Source of the DNA: a virus
DNA length: 64,000 bases
Reading direction: 5' to 3' (one strand)
Virus record (IMG/VR): IMGVR_UViG_3300043436_001870
Span: 49,165-113,164 of that record
This document shows, piece after piece, positions 29,223 to 39,180 of this stretch (positions are counted from its first letter, which is position 1; every line of letters begins with the position of its first letter). The position numbers and the translations under genes were made by a program. The notes under the pieces are model-generated. The model searched no databases, was not told the DNA's origin, and saw only the letters and a list, made by a program, of their open reading frames with translations.

Positions 29223-31757
29223 TTATTTACCGAACTTATATGCTCCGGCTTTCTTAACATTTTTAATTGTAGGCATAGTCATGTAGTATGTATCAGCATA
29301 ATAAAAAGGTTGTCCACCGTACTGTGCATACATACCTCTAACATTTGCAGTTGCTTGACGAGGTCTAAAACCAAGACCAATACCTGGTTGATTCATAAAG
29401 TAAGATCCTTCACTATTACGAGCATTAGATTTACCATGAACCTGAAGAGCTGAATTAAAATCTGCATCTTCCTGATTCCAGCTACCGTACTTATTAAAGA
29501 AACCGGCAAGAGTATCCATACCAGCAATCATTTGATCAGCACTTAAATCAGCAAAAAGACCTTTTCTCTTTATCTTGTTATCTTTAATAATCTGGTCCTC
29601 TGCTCTAAAAGGATCAGCTTCTTTCTCAATCTCTCTAGCTTGTTGATCCATAAAGTCATTTACACCGGTATCCCAATACATATTTTGTGTATTGTTAGCC
29701 TCAGCATTTACAGCTACAGCTCCATCAAATGGAGGCATCTCAGCAGAAAAAATATTGCTCTTCTCACCAGAAAAATCAGTGCTCTGAAACATTGGTAATG
29801 CATATGGACCACCATGTCTCATACCTTCCATAATACCTTTTAACATAGCCTCTCTATGTTGAGGATTATTTTTATCAAAAGTTGTGGATCCTCCAGTGTT
29901 TACTTCTGTGCCTACGTAAGGACTTGGTCCAAGAACTGGTCCTTTTACATTTGATCCAATAGGATTAATTGTTACCATAGGTTCAGTTTGATTAAATGAA
30001 GAATAATCAAAATCTGTATTACCAGCAGACATCATTGATGGTTGCTTAACAGGACCCTCTGGACCAATTACAGGACCGGCTGGTGCATATGATGGTTGAT
30101 TAGGTCTATAGTTCCAATTATATGCCATTTGAACCTTTTGATCAGTAGTCATTGCAGGCATAGCACTTTGGAATGTATTAGGATCTTGAATAGCAGGAAC
30201 CTGAGTTGTTTTTGCAGACTCAGTTGGCATTGTTGTCCTATAAGGACCCTGACCAACACCTTGCTTTACAAGATCAAAACTCTTGATTCTATTACCAGGT
30301 AAAAGAGCTGCTCGTGTTTTTATATTAGTGGGTACGTAACCTCTAAGGTCAACACCTGATAAAGCATAACCAAGAAGTGCATTAGCACTCTTTCTTCTAA
30401 GTCCTCCTCCAGGTATGTAATCTAAGAAATTACCATAGTTGGCTTGTTGCTGTGGTTGTCTATAACCTTGTGGGTACTGATAATACTGTGGTCCAGATTG
30501 ATATGGTGTATCAAAGTACATACGACCAGAACTATCTACAGGTACACGTCTACCACTACCATCATTTAATTCTACCATTCGCCATCCTTCCCAACCTGTT
30601 GGTGTAGTACCAGTAGTACTAGTGGTTGTTGTAGCAGAATTAGTAGGACCAGTTGCTGCAGGTGCACTTGATGAACCACTTGTTCCTGTTGTACCAGCAG
30701 CTGTAGTACCAGATTCTTGTTTCTTCTTCTCAGCATCAACCTCAGCTTTTAATTCTTCTGCAGTTCTTGCTTTAGTAGCAGTTGCTGTAGAAACACCACC
30801 TGATGTAGTACTGTTTGACTTAGGTTGAGCAGCCGGAGCCGATGCAGCTGGTTTACTGCCAGATCCTGCTGCAGGAGCAGAAGATCCAGAAGATGGTGTA
30901 CCAAGTAGTCCTAATGCATCAACGTTGTAATCAACAACATTAGTATTGTAGTTAGGATTATTAGGATCTAACATCATAGACCCTGGTGCTAGACCTGTAA
31001 CATCATACTGTCCAGATGTATCTTTAGATTGATACTTAGGTATACCACCATATCTCATTCCAGACATTGGAGGAGCCTCATCTACAAGCTCAATAGACTT
31101 CATTAGTGCCTTCTGTCCATTGTTCTGGATCTTACCAATAAAGTTCTGCATCTTATCTGTATAGAAACTGTCTTTACCAGTTCCTGTTGGCTGGCCTCCA
31201 GCTTGTAAAGAAGGTTGGCCACCGGCCATCATTGGATATGGTGTACCATAGTAATGGTTCATATCCTCCTGAGTTCTTGAATCAATACCAGCTAATTCAG
31301 ATCCTGATTGCATTACAGGAAGCATGCCTGTAAACTGAGGCATACCAGGAGGAAAGTTACCACCAGACTGAAGCATAAAGTAATTAGTCTTACCCCATCC
31401 TTTGTTTGGAAAACTTACTGCCTGAGGAAATGCCTCTTGATATGATCCACCAACCTCATATGCATTATTACTATTAGTATAAACAGGAGCAAAGAACTGT
31501 TGCTCTGATTGAATCTGAGGATAGATATTAGGTAGACCAGTAGCACCACCATCTCTATGATAAGTAGGAGGCACGGGTACACCATAACTAAAGAACTGAT
31601 CAGCAGTTGCTATCTGAGGAAAGGCCTCAGGAGTTCCACCCATTGCTAATTTCTTGGCCTCTGGAAAGTCTCTGAAGAAGTTTTCCTCACCATATGCTTC
31701 TAATTCCTGAGGAGATTTAAAACCTCCCATCTTCATGAACTGCTTTATAAGATTCAT
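29223..31757 (-). CDS. Low-complexity virion cargo protein (844 aa) with about 10 hydrophobic-x-x-GG motifs
   Basis: MKMGG, LAMGG, HRDGG, YEVGG, LQSGG, MMAGG, LQAGG, MRYGG, MRHGG, AQYGG; S/T/A/P-rich disordered centre; repeated (F/Y)PQ peptide. Confidence 0.65.
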   Translation of the reverse strand: MNLIKQFMKMGGFKSPQELEAYGEENFFRDFPEAKKLAMGGTPEAFPQIATADQFFSYGVPVPPTYHRDGGATGLPNIYPQIQSEQQFFAPVYTNSNNAYEVGGSYQEAFPQAVSFPNKGWGKTNYFMLQSGGNFPPGMPQFTGMLPVMQSGSELAGIDSRTQEDMNHYYGTPYPMMAGGQPSLQAGGQPTGTGKDSFYTDKMQNFIGKIQNNGQKALMKSIELVDEAPPMSGMRYGGIPKYQSKDTSGQYDVTGLAPGSMMLDPNNPNYNTNVVDYNVDALGLLGTPSSGSSAPAAGSGSKPAASAPAAQPKSNSTTSGGVSTATATKARTAEELKAEVDAEKKKQESGTTAAGTTGTSGSSSAPAATGPTNSATTTTSTTGTTPTGWEGWRMVELNDGSGRRVPVDSSGRMYFDTPYQSGPQYYQYPQGYRQPQQQANYGNFLDYIPGGGLRRKSANALLGYALSGVDLRGYVPTNIKTRAALLPGNRIKSFDLVKQGVGQGPYRTTMPTESAKTTQVPAIQDPNTFQSAMPAMTTDQKVQMAYNWNYRPNQPSYAPAGPVIGPEGPVKQPSMMSAGNTDFDYSSFNQTEPMVTINPIGSNVKGPVLGPSPYVGTEVNTGGSTTFDKNNPQHREAMLKGIMEGMRHGGPYALPMFQSTDFSGEKSNIFSAEMPPFDGAVAVNAEANNTQNMYWDTGVNDFMDQQAREIEKEADPFRAEDQIIKDNKIKRKGLFADLSADQMIAGMDTLAGFFNKYGSWNQEDADFNSALQVHGKSNARNSEGSYFMNQPGIGLGFRPRQATANVRGMYAQYGGQPFYYADTYYMTMPTIKNVKKAGAYKFGK

Positions 31758-31758
31758 A

Positions 31759-34700
31759 TCACTTGTATTTATTAAGCCACGAGCTTGTATTAGACAAAGT
31801 TACACTATTAATATACTTATTTTTACTGAGAGATCCACCTTTTTCAAATTCCTGTTTTTGATTATTTTGTAAAACAGGTTGAGGAACCTGCAATGGTTGT
31901 GGTGCTCTTGGTTGTATATATGGAAAAGGTAATGCCTTTAGTTGATTATGATAATCTGCATATTGTGATTCCAATTCTGGTAATTTTCCTTGATAACTAT
32001 AATAATTCATTGTTTTTGGATTCATCCAATTTGCTAGTTCCTCTTCATCTTTAGGTATTTCAAAAGTCCAATCCTTTCCGGAACCGGAATCATAAAAAAA
32101 ACCTTTTTGTGTATCTGTAGCATTTCTTCTTATTCTAGAATCAACATTAGAAACATTGCCTGATGATACCATTGTATGCCAATACCCTGGTCTTTCAATC
32201 ATTGCTACATCACCAGCTTCTAAATTTTCATACTTTGTAGGATACCAACCTTTATCAGGAGTAAGTTCATCTTTTAGTTTTCTACCTGATGAAATTTGTT
32301 TTACAGGATATCCTGATTTTCTTAATGCTTCTGTAGCTCTTGTTGCACAATATTGTTGACCATTTGGTAAAACAGTACAAAAAGGAACATTATCCATAAA
32401 ATGAGATTCTCCACTATCTAATAGATTTTGTTTAAATCTTTGTATATCCGCATACTCAGTTTCATAATTTTTTCTTATGTTATTCATTTCACTTTGAATA
32501 TCATAATATTCTGGGTTACTTCCTCCCTTTTGATACTTGTTTATCCATCCACCATCTTTTTGTTGTGGAGTATCTTGTCCTGCTATAACAGCTGCAGCTC
32601 CTGTACCTATTGCTGCTGGTACTAATGCTTTATAGATATTAGGATTAGTCATATCAAACATTCCATTGTTGCCTATTGCTGATTTAATATTTTTTGGGTC
32701 AAAAACTATAGTTTGTCTATGGTATGGAAAAATGTTTTTATCAAGAATACCATCATAGTTATTTTTTAATAACTCATTAAGTTGTTCATTTGTTATTTGG
32801 TCGTTTCCATAAGTACCTTTTACTCTACCTGAATATGGTTTTTCCATATTAATGTATGTTTGGTATATTTCTCTTTCATTTTTAGGTGTATTTCTTGAAT
32901 AACTTTCAGCCCTTGACTTACTGGGCGTAAAATAAATACCTTGGTCTCCAGTATATGTATCTCTTTTAATATACCCTTTATCTTGGGGTGTTAAAAATTG
33001 TTCATACCCTACTTTACCTCCATGATATTGAAAAGCAAAACTACCATCTGAATTTACTAATTTAGAATTACCAAATGCCTTTTTAAAGTTTTCACTATTC
33101 TGTTGCACAAATTGTTCAGGCGTTCCTTTAAAAGGAGAACCATCAGGATTTTTCATCCAACTACCATCAGCTTTAGTTGTTTGTTCTATAGCATGATACT
33201 CATCCATTAAAGCTTTATTAGATGGTATTTCAGAATTCCATTTGCCCCAATCTATTTCTGATTTAAATTTATTAGCAGAACCTGGTAGTTGAGTAGGTGT
33301 AAAAAGTTTTTGTTGGTCTAAAGGAATTACAAACTCTCTATCAGCAGCTCTACTTAAAGATTTATCATAATTTTGAAACTCTGCTAACCTACTCTTAGGT
33401 ACTTGTAGTTGTATAATCTCTGGGTCAACAAATTCTCTATCAGCTTTGTAAAAATCAAAATCTGCTTTATCTTTTGTAAACCATTGTCCAAAATATTTTT
33501 CTCTATCTTTAAAATGTTGTATAGCTTTTTCATTTTGAAACATTGGTCCTAATTTACCTTCAGCAGCTAATTCAGACATGGGTCTAGCTCCTCTTTCTTG
33601 TATTCTCCATAAATCAACTAAATCATCAACATTACCAGAATCTGGTAATTGTTTGGTCTTGCTCCCTTTAGACCCTTTTAAAAATGGAATAGGTAATGAT
33701 CCAGCTAACTCTAAAGCTCCTTCTGCAAGATTTCCAGAAGCAATATTAGAAAGTCCATAGAATGCTCCAGCTCCTGTAGGAAAGATAATGTTATTGAATG
33801 TTTTATTAGCATCTTCTCTTCTATCCATAATTGCTTGCTGAACCTCTGCTTCACCACCTGGTAATATTCTTTCTCCAGTTTGAGGATTTTCATAAACGGT
33901 CTGCATAGAACCTAAAGCTCCGGGAACTTGTCTTGCAACAAAACCCTTAGGAGTTTTTTTGGTATATGCAGTCATTATCCTATGATTTAGAGCTGCATCT
34001 TCCTCTACAGGATTACCTTTTGGTTTAGGTGTGGCTACAGAAGTTTTATCTGCAACAGCTTGTTGATTGCCTACATATCTAATATCACTAGTATCAACAG
34101 GCTGCTTCATAAACTTGGCAAGCTCTGGATTAACTTGATTACCGTCTTGATACTTCTGTAACCAACCACCATACTTATACCCTGCTTTAATAAGATGTTT
34201 TTGCACATCTCCTTTTGTTAAGTCACTAACAAAACTAATAGTCTCCATAAGATTCTTTGCAGTATCAAAATTCATATTTTGACTAAGCATACTAAGTGTA
34301 TTATACTCAGCATTTTTATCTATCTGTCCTAGTATTCCATCTCTAATAAGTTTTTTTAATGTTTCTTCTTGCACGGTAGGATTTATATTTCCAATATTTT
34401 TAACCCAATGATTACTCATTTTAGGGGTTACTGCTGGTGATAGATCAATAAACTTAAAAGAATTAGAAGCATCATCATAAAAAACATTACTGCCAGCATT
34501 ATCAATTGCTGATCTATTTTGTGCTAACTCAAAATAGTCTTTTGCATATTGAGTCCAGGCATCTGTTGGAATATTAATTATCTTATCTGTTGGTAAAGAA
34601 TATAAAGGTTTACCCTCCATTCTACGCATTATATATGCATTTAATATGTCAGGTTTTGTTATAATCTCAGCACTTTTTGGAGAACCTGGTATGCCATTAT

Positions 34701-37700
34701 CCTTTACTGTATCAGCCAAAGCAGAGATATTCTCGTTCGGCACTTCTGGAATATATTTTTGATTATTAGATAAAATTCTTTGTTGGTTAACTACTTTACC
34801 AACATTAGGACTCTTAATATTTTTTTGCATTTGACTTAGGTCAATGTCCATAAACTCAGGAATATATTGAGAAACTTGCTCAGGACTTTCATATTTAAGC
34901 AAGTAACCTGGATAATCAGGTAATTCATATACTCCTTTGTTAAAAGCACCGTCAGTAGCAATGTTTGGACCTGTCCGAACAGCAGTTACATCAATGTTTT
35001 TTGGAGACTGGTAAACTCTTTTGTATCCAGTTAGCCAGTTTGGTTTAGCTTCATAAATTGCATTAATATCTTCAAGATCTAGCTGCTGTAAAACTTCTCC
35101 TGTTTCAGGATCAATAGGTCTAGCTGCTGCATGACGCCCTACAATTTTTTGACCTGTTACAGGATTTATTTCTCCTCGGGAATACATAGGTACATCAGAC
35201 TGCATTAAATAATGAGGTGTTGAATCAGTGCTTTTAAAAACCTCTGCTGGTTTTCCTTTTGAAAAAGATGGAAACTCTGTAGGTCTACGAAATACCGAAT
35301 TATCTCCAATAGGATTAGCCCTTACTAAAAATGTTTTGAGTGCATCATCATATCCAGCTTGATTCACATATCTATAATTCATGTTTCCTTCTAATGGTGT
35401 AAAGACACTTCCTTTAGCAGTAGGATTTATTTTATATGTATATTGTAAAGGTGTCTGAGTAGTAAGATATTTACCTGCTCTTGCTGCATTCTCAGCTATA
35501 TTAGTTCCTTCTAATAATCCTATACCAACAGCATTGAGTGGATCATACCCTGCTTCATAAAGATTACTCATTGCAGCTGCATATTCTGGTTGTCTATAAT
35601 CTGTAAACAATGGCTTAGATCTCTGACCTTGTAGGGCAGAACCAAAATCTCCAGTAATAGCACCTGTCACAAGATTAGTAGGATAAGATAACGGTGCCAA
35701 CATTCCCATAGCAGATGCATTGGCGGCTTCCTCTTGAGTATAATCTGAATTAGTCCATAATGGTTGATTAATAAGATTGTTACCTTGATACCAATCAATA
35801 GGTCCAACGGCAGCTATGTTTGCAGCATTTCTTAAATTCTTCTCAAGACCTTGGCTAAACTGACTAGTAAAATCTGGATCTAGTTTACCAGCATATTGTG
35901 ATCTTTCAATAGTAGATCTTTCTTCCGGGGTGAGAGAGTTTAACCACTCTACTCTAGTTCTGTCTCCCTGAGGTTTATTACCTAAAATCTCTAGAGCTAC
36001 TTGATCATTGGCATTCTGTGATGCTCTTTTTTGAACACGGGGATCTAATGGATTCATACCTAATGACTTAGCAAAAGGTGTCATCTCACCCTCTCTTGTC
36101 TTAGCCGCTATCTTCTGCTTCTTTTTATCTAAGTCAGTAAGATTATACTGATACTCAACAGGCTTAGTCATAACAGTCATAGGTCCAAATTCTGGATCAT
36201 ATGTCTGATATGAATCTTTAAATAAGAAGTTCCATTTGGGATCATTAGGATCTACCTCAGTTTTTCTACCATCAGCTTTTCTTACAGCTTTTTGAAGCCA
36301 TCTTTGCTTTTCTTCAGTAGTAAGAGATCTTCCTTTTTTACGTTCTTTCTCTGCAAGTAAGTCTGTCCACTGCTCTACACCTTTATTGTATTCATCCCAA
36401 CCTTTAGCATAATCAGCAGACTGTTGTGCCTGTGGATCTAGAGATGGAAGAGTAAAATTACTTGTTGGTTTAACTTGACTAGAACCTTCATTACCTTGAT
36501 ATTTATTTAACCAGCCACCATACTGCATGGTCTGTTTATCATATAGATCTACAGCCTCATGATACTGGAACTTACCATCACCCTTAGAAGCATTAGCTCG
36601 TCTGTAATTGATATAGTTATCATACCCACCTTGTTCAATTAATTGAGCAGCTACTTTACCAATAGATTGATTGTATGATATTCCTGCTAATTTAGCAAGC
36701 TGGTCTGATGTCATATCTAGACCATACTCATTGGCTACTTCTTTTAGGTAAAGGTAGTTTTTACTAAGTACATAGAATGTTGGTAAGCCTGCCTTTACAG
36801 GATCCGTAAGTTCATAATCAGACTCATATAACTTACTTCTTAATTGAGGATTGATGTTAGTCTCATCTTTTAGGGATGTGATGCCCATTGATTTTTCTCT
36901 CTCAGGCATAAGGGCATCCTGTAATCCTTTTGCTACAGCACCTGCTACTATACCTGATGGTCCTGGTAGTACATTTGATATAATAGATTTTTCATAATTC
37001 TTTCCTGCATATGTTTCTCTAGTAGGAATAATCCGAGCAACTCTCATAAGTTTTCCAAACTCATTTTCTGTAATAGGAATATCCTTAAGAATTGAATCTT
37101 TATTCTTCTCAATTACTGAAAGAAACTTATGAGTATTTTCTCCTGAAATTGATTGACCAGCCCAATCTGCTTGATTTGCTAAAGCACCTTCAGGTTTAAA
37201 TTGGCCATATTCTGTTTGGTAATAGGATATACCTCCTGCTGGTATCCTTCCATCATTGTCTACACCATCAAAATAGTTAGGTCTTGTGATACCTGCAATT
37301 AATGATACCTGACTCTTACTATTACCTGGTACCTTACCTTCAATAAAATCTTCAACTGGTTGTTTTTGAAGATCTCCATGGACATTATGCTCAACATATA
37401 ATTTACCATCCTTGTCAGCTTTTACAATACCAACGTGTGTAGTAAAGAATCTATTATTTAAAGGCTGAGTTTGATTCCATGCTTTCTTTGTAGAAGGAGA
37501 ACCTTCATAAAATATATTAACAACATCACCAGGTTTAATGTTACCTGTATTCAACATTTCTCTTAGCTGTCCTTTTACAGCATCATTATTCAATGTTGAT
37601 TTAAGATAGTTTTTTATTTCATTCTCACCAGCCTTAGGTGACAATGGAATCTGTGATCTTTCAGGTAAACCTGTAAATAAAAGTTTACCTCCTTTATTTT

Positions 37701-39180
37701 GCAAGTTTTCAGAAAGAGTCCATGCATCACCTTTAAAACCAAGTTCTTCTCTAGCCTCTTCTCCTACAACATCCTCACTACATACAGTTCCATTAATATA
37801 TTGAGCACATCCTCTTACAACTTGTCCTTTTACTTTAGCATCTTCAGTTTTATCATAGTCCTGATTAGGATCTATACTAAAGTTGTAACCTATCTTAATA
37901 TCAGATGGTTTTAAGTTAAAATCATACTTTACATTACCTGTAAAAAAACCTCTTTTCATAAGATCTTTTTCAAAGTCTTGCATTGACTGATTAGTTAAAC
38001 CAACATCTGGTTCACCAGTTTGTGGATCATATAACTCAAATGGACTTCTTACAGAAATACCTAAAGTACTCTTTGCATCAATTTTATTCTTGTATGCACG
38101 TATAGCATCTTTAGTATTATTATCAAGTTGTCCAGAGTTGTACTTCTGGTTATACATGTTATACTGACGTATAGCATTAAGAGTCTGTTTATCAATTTTA
38201 CCTGATAAATTACCATCTATGTTTTCACCAGTAACACCAAGAACTTCAAGTAATCCTTCATTAGCCAAATATTTCTGAAGCTCAATTACTTGTTCAGGAG
38301 TTTGATAGTCTTCAACTTTAATTATTTTCTTTGTTTCTGGATAATAACCTTTTCCATCTAAATAAGACTGAACCTTTATGATATCATCTGGTGTATAGTC
38401 AGAGGCATTCTTATGTCTTAGATTAAAATCTGCTGTTTGCTTATATGCATTTACAGCTTCATCTTCATCCTTGTAGGGTGCAACAAAAAACTCAGGTGAT
38501 GCAGCATACTTGTTAACCTCTCTTCTCTTTTCAATCTCCTTAGTTTTAGGTATATCAACACCTGACACAAGTGAGTATAACTCTGGAGCAATCTCAGCCA
38601 TTGCAGGATTCTCTACAAGATTAGTAGGTTCTTCAGCAGGATTCTTAGCAACAGGTTTTGAAGCAGCTGGTTTAGGAGCAGCCGGCTTTTTAGTTTCGGA
38701 TACACCTAATGATGACAACCATTTGTCAACATAATCTTGTGGCTCATTTGCCTTAGGAGCAAACTTTGCCATAAGGTTCTTAAGTACTTGTGACTTGTTT
38801 GAATCAAGCTCTTTCCATTCTTCAGTACCCTTCTCACGGATTCTCATTCCATCAGGTTCATCAATATACTCAAGTCGGCTACCAAAAGTTTTGACACCAC
38901 CCTCTTGATATTTACTCAACCATCCTTTATCAGAGAGATCTGGTATTGATATGTCACCTCCTGATTGAGCCATAGGTATCTCATACACCATTTTACCAGG
39001 AAATTGATACTTGCCTCCAGGCTGCATCATAATAGGTGGTTGGCCAGGTACAAATCCCATTACAGGGTATGGTACACCCTCCATGGTTATTCTACCATCT
39101 TTAGTTGGTACTGCTGTAAGTTTTCCTGGATGAGCCCATTGACCATTCTTATCTACAATAAACTTATTAAGCTTACTCAT
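31759..39180 (-). CDS. Polyvalent cargo polyprotein (2473 aa): PG-binding, CHAP/NlpC-like, lysozyme-like, ART-like, kinase-like, ART-PolyVal-like and second NlpC/P60-like domains
   Basis: CAQY...GDAW...PGDVV...THVGIV; RET..G...MGIT...DP...SYN; GAFNKGVY..LLKYE...IDNAGSNV...FIDL; YHGG...GIYFT...YDGI...IVFDPKNIKSAIGNNG; CATR...AGDV...WHT. Five W(L/I)xKY delimiters. Confidence 0.75.
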   Translation of the reverse strand: MSKLNKFIVDKNGQWAHPGKLTAVPTKDGRITMEGVPYPVMGFVPGQPPIMMQPGGKYQFPGKMVYEIPMAQSGGDISIPDLSDKGWLSKYQEGGVKTFGSRLEYIDEPDGMRIREKGTEEWKELDSNKSQVLKNLMAKFAPKANEPQDYVDKWLSSLGVSETKKPAAPKPAASKPVAKNPAEEPTNLVENPAMAEIAPELYSLVSGVDIPKTKEIEKRREVNKYAASPEFFVAPYKDEDEAVNAYKQTADFNLRHKNASDYTPDDIIKVQSYLDGKGYYPETKKIIKVEDYQTPEQVIELQKYLANEGLLEVLGVTGENIDGNLSGKIDKQTLNAIRQYNMYNQKYNSGQLDNNTKDAIRAYKNKIDAKSTLGISVRSPFELYDPQTGEPDVGLTNQSMQDFEKDLMKRGFFTGNVKYDFNLKPSDIKIGYNFSIDPNQDYDKTEDAKVKGQVVRGCAQYINGTVCSEDVVGEEAREELGFKGDAWTLSENLQNKGGKLLFTGLPERSQIPLSPKAGENEIKNYLKSTLNNDAVKGQLREMLNTGNIKPGDVVNIFYEGSPSTKKAWNQTQPLNNRFFTTHVGIVKADKDGKLYVEHNVHGDLQKQPVEDFIEGKVPGNSKSQVSLIAGITRPNYFDGVDNDGRIPAGGISYYQTEYGQFKPEGALANQADWAGQSISGENTHKFLSVIEKNKDSILKDIPITENEFGKLMRVARIIPTRETYAGKNYEKSIISNVLPGPSGIVAGAVAKGLQDALMPEREKSMGITSLKDETNINPQLRSKLYESDYELTDPVKAGLPTFYVLSKNYLYLKEVANEYGLDMTSDQLAKLAGISYNQSIGKVAAQLIEQGGYDNYINYRRANASKGDGKFQYHEAVDLYDKQTMQYGGWLNKYQGNEGSSQVKPTSNFTLPSLDPQAQQSADYAKGWDEYNKGVEQWTDLLAEKERKKGRSLTTEEKQRWLQKAVRKADGRKTEVDPNDPKWNFLFKDSYQTYDPEFGPMTVMTKPVEYQYNLTDLDKKKQKIAAKTREGEMTPFAKSLGMNPLDPRVQKRASQNANDQVALEILGNKPQGDRTRVEWLNSLTPEERSTIERSQYAGKLDPDFTSQFSQGLEKNLRNAANIAAVGPIDWYQGNNLINQPLWTNSDYTQEEAANASAMGMLAPLSYPTNLVTGAITGDFGSALQGQRSKPLFTDYRQPEYAAAMSNLYEAGYDPLNAVGIGLLEGTNIAENAARAGKYLTTQTPLQYTYKINPTAKGSVFTPLEGNMNYRYVNQAGYDDALKTFLVRANPIGDNSVFRRPTEFPSFSKGKPAEVFKSTDSTPHYLMQSDVPMYSRGEINPVTGQKIVGRHAAARPIDPETGEVLQQLDLEDINAIYEAKPNWLTGYKRVYQSPKNIDVTAVRTGPNIATDGAFNKGVYELPDYPGYLLKYESPEQVSQYIPEFMDIDLSQMQKNIKSPNVGKVVNQQRILSNNQKYIPEVPNENISALADTVKDNGIPGSPKSAEIITKPDILNAYIMRRMEGKPLYSLPTDKIINIPTDAWTQYAKDYFELAQNRSAIDNAGSNVFYDDASNSFKFIDLSPAVTPKMSNHWVKNIGNINPTVQEETLKKLIRDGILGQIDKNAEYNTLSMLSQNMNFDTAKNLMETISFVSDLTKGDVQKHLIKAGYKYGGWLQKYQDGNQVNPELAKFMKQPVDTSDIRYVGNQQAVADKTSVATPKPKGNPVEEDAALNHRIMTAYTKKTPKGFVARQVPGALGSMQTVYENPQTGERILPGGEAEVQQAIMDRREDANKTFNNIIFPTGAGAFYGLSNIASGNLAEGALELAGSLPIPFLKGSKGSKTKQLPDSGNVDDLVDLWRIQERGARPMSELAAEGKLGPMFQNEKAIQHFKDREKYFGQWFTKDKADFDFYKADREFVDPEIIQLQVPKSRLAEFQNYDKSLSRAADREFVIPLDQQKLFTPTQLPGSANKFKSEIDWGKWNSEIPSNKALMDEYHAIEQTTKADGSWMKNPDGSPFKGTPEQFVQQNSENFKKAFGNSKLVNSDGSFAFQYHGGKVGYEQFLTPQDKGYIKRDTYTGDQGIYFTPSKSRAESYSRNTPKNEREIYQTYINMEKPYSGRVKGTYGNDQITNEQLNELLKNNYDGILDKNIFPYHRQTIVFDPKNIKSAIGNNGMFDMTNPNIYKALVPAAIGTGAAAVIAGQDTPQQKDGGWINKYQKGGSNPEYYDIQSEMNNIRKNYETEYADIQRFKQNLLDSGESHFMDNVPFCTVLPNGQQYCATRATEALRKSGYPVKQISSGRKLKDELTPDKGWYPTKYENLEAGDVAMIERPGYWHTMVSSGNVSNVDSRIRRNATDTQKGFFYDSGSGKDWTFEIPKDEEELANWMNPKTMNYYSYQGKLPELESQYADYHNQLKALPFPYIQPRAPQPLQVPQPVLQNNQKQEFEKGGSLSKNKYINSVTLSNTSSWLNKYK
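33271..33651 (-). repeat. Imperfect 21-bp direct repeat (18/21) flanking an in-frame 360-bp cassette
   Basis: 33631-33651 attaccagaatctggtaattg versus 33271-33291 attagcagaacctggtagttg, encoding QLPDSGN and QLPGSAN. Confidence 0.7.

Noticed and set aside
30590-30900. Ser/Thr/Ala/Pro-rich low-complexity stretch as a DNA repeat element
   Set aside because: It is a protein-level linker with no regular nucleotide periodicity.
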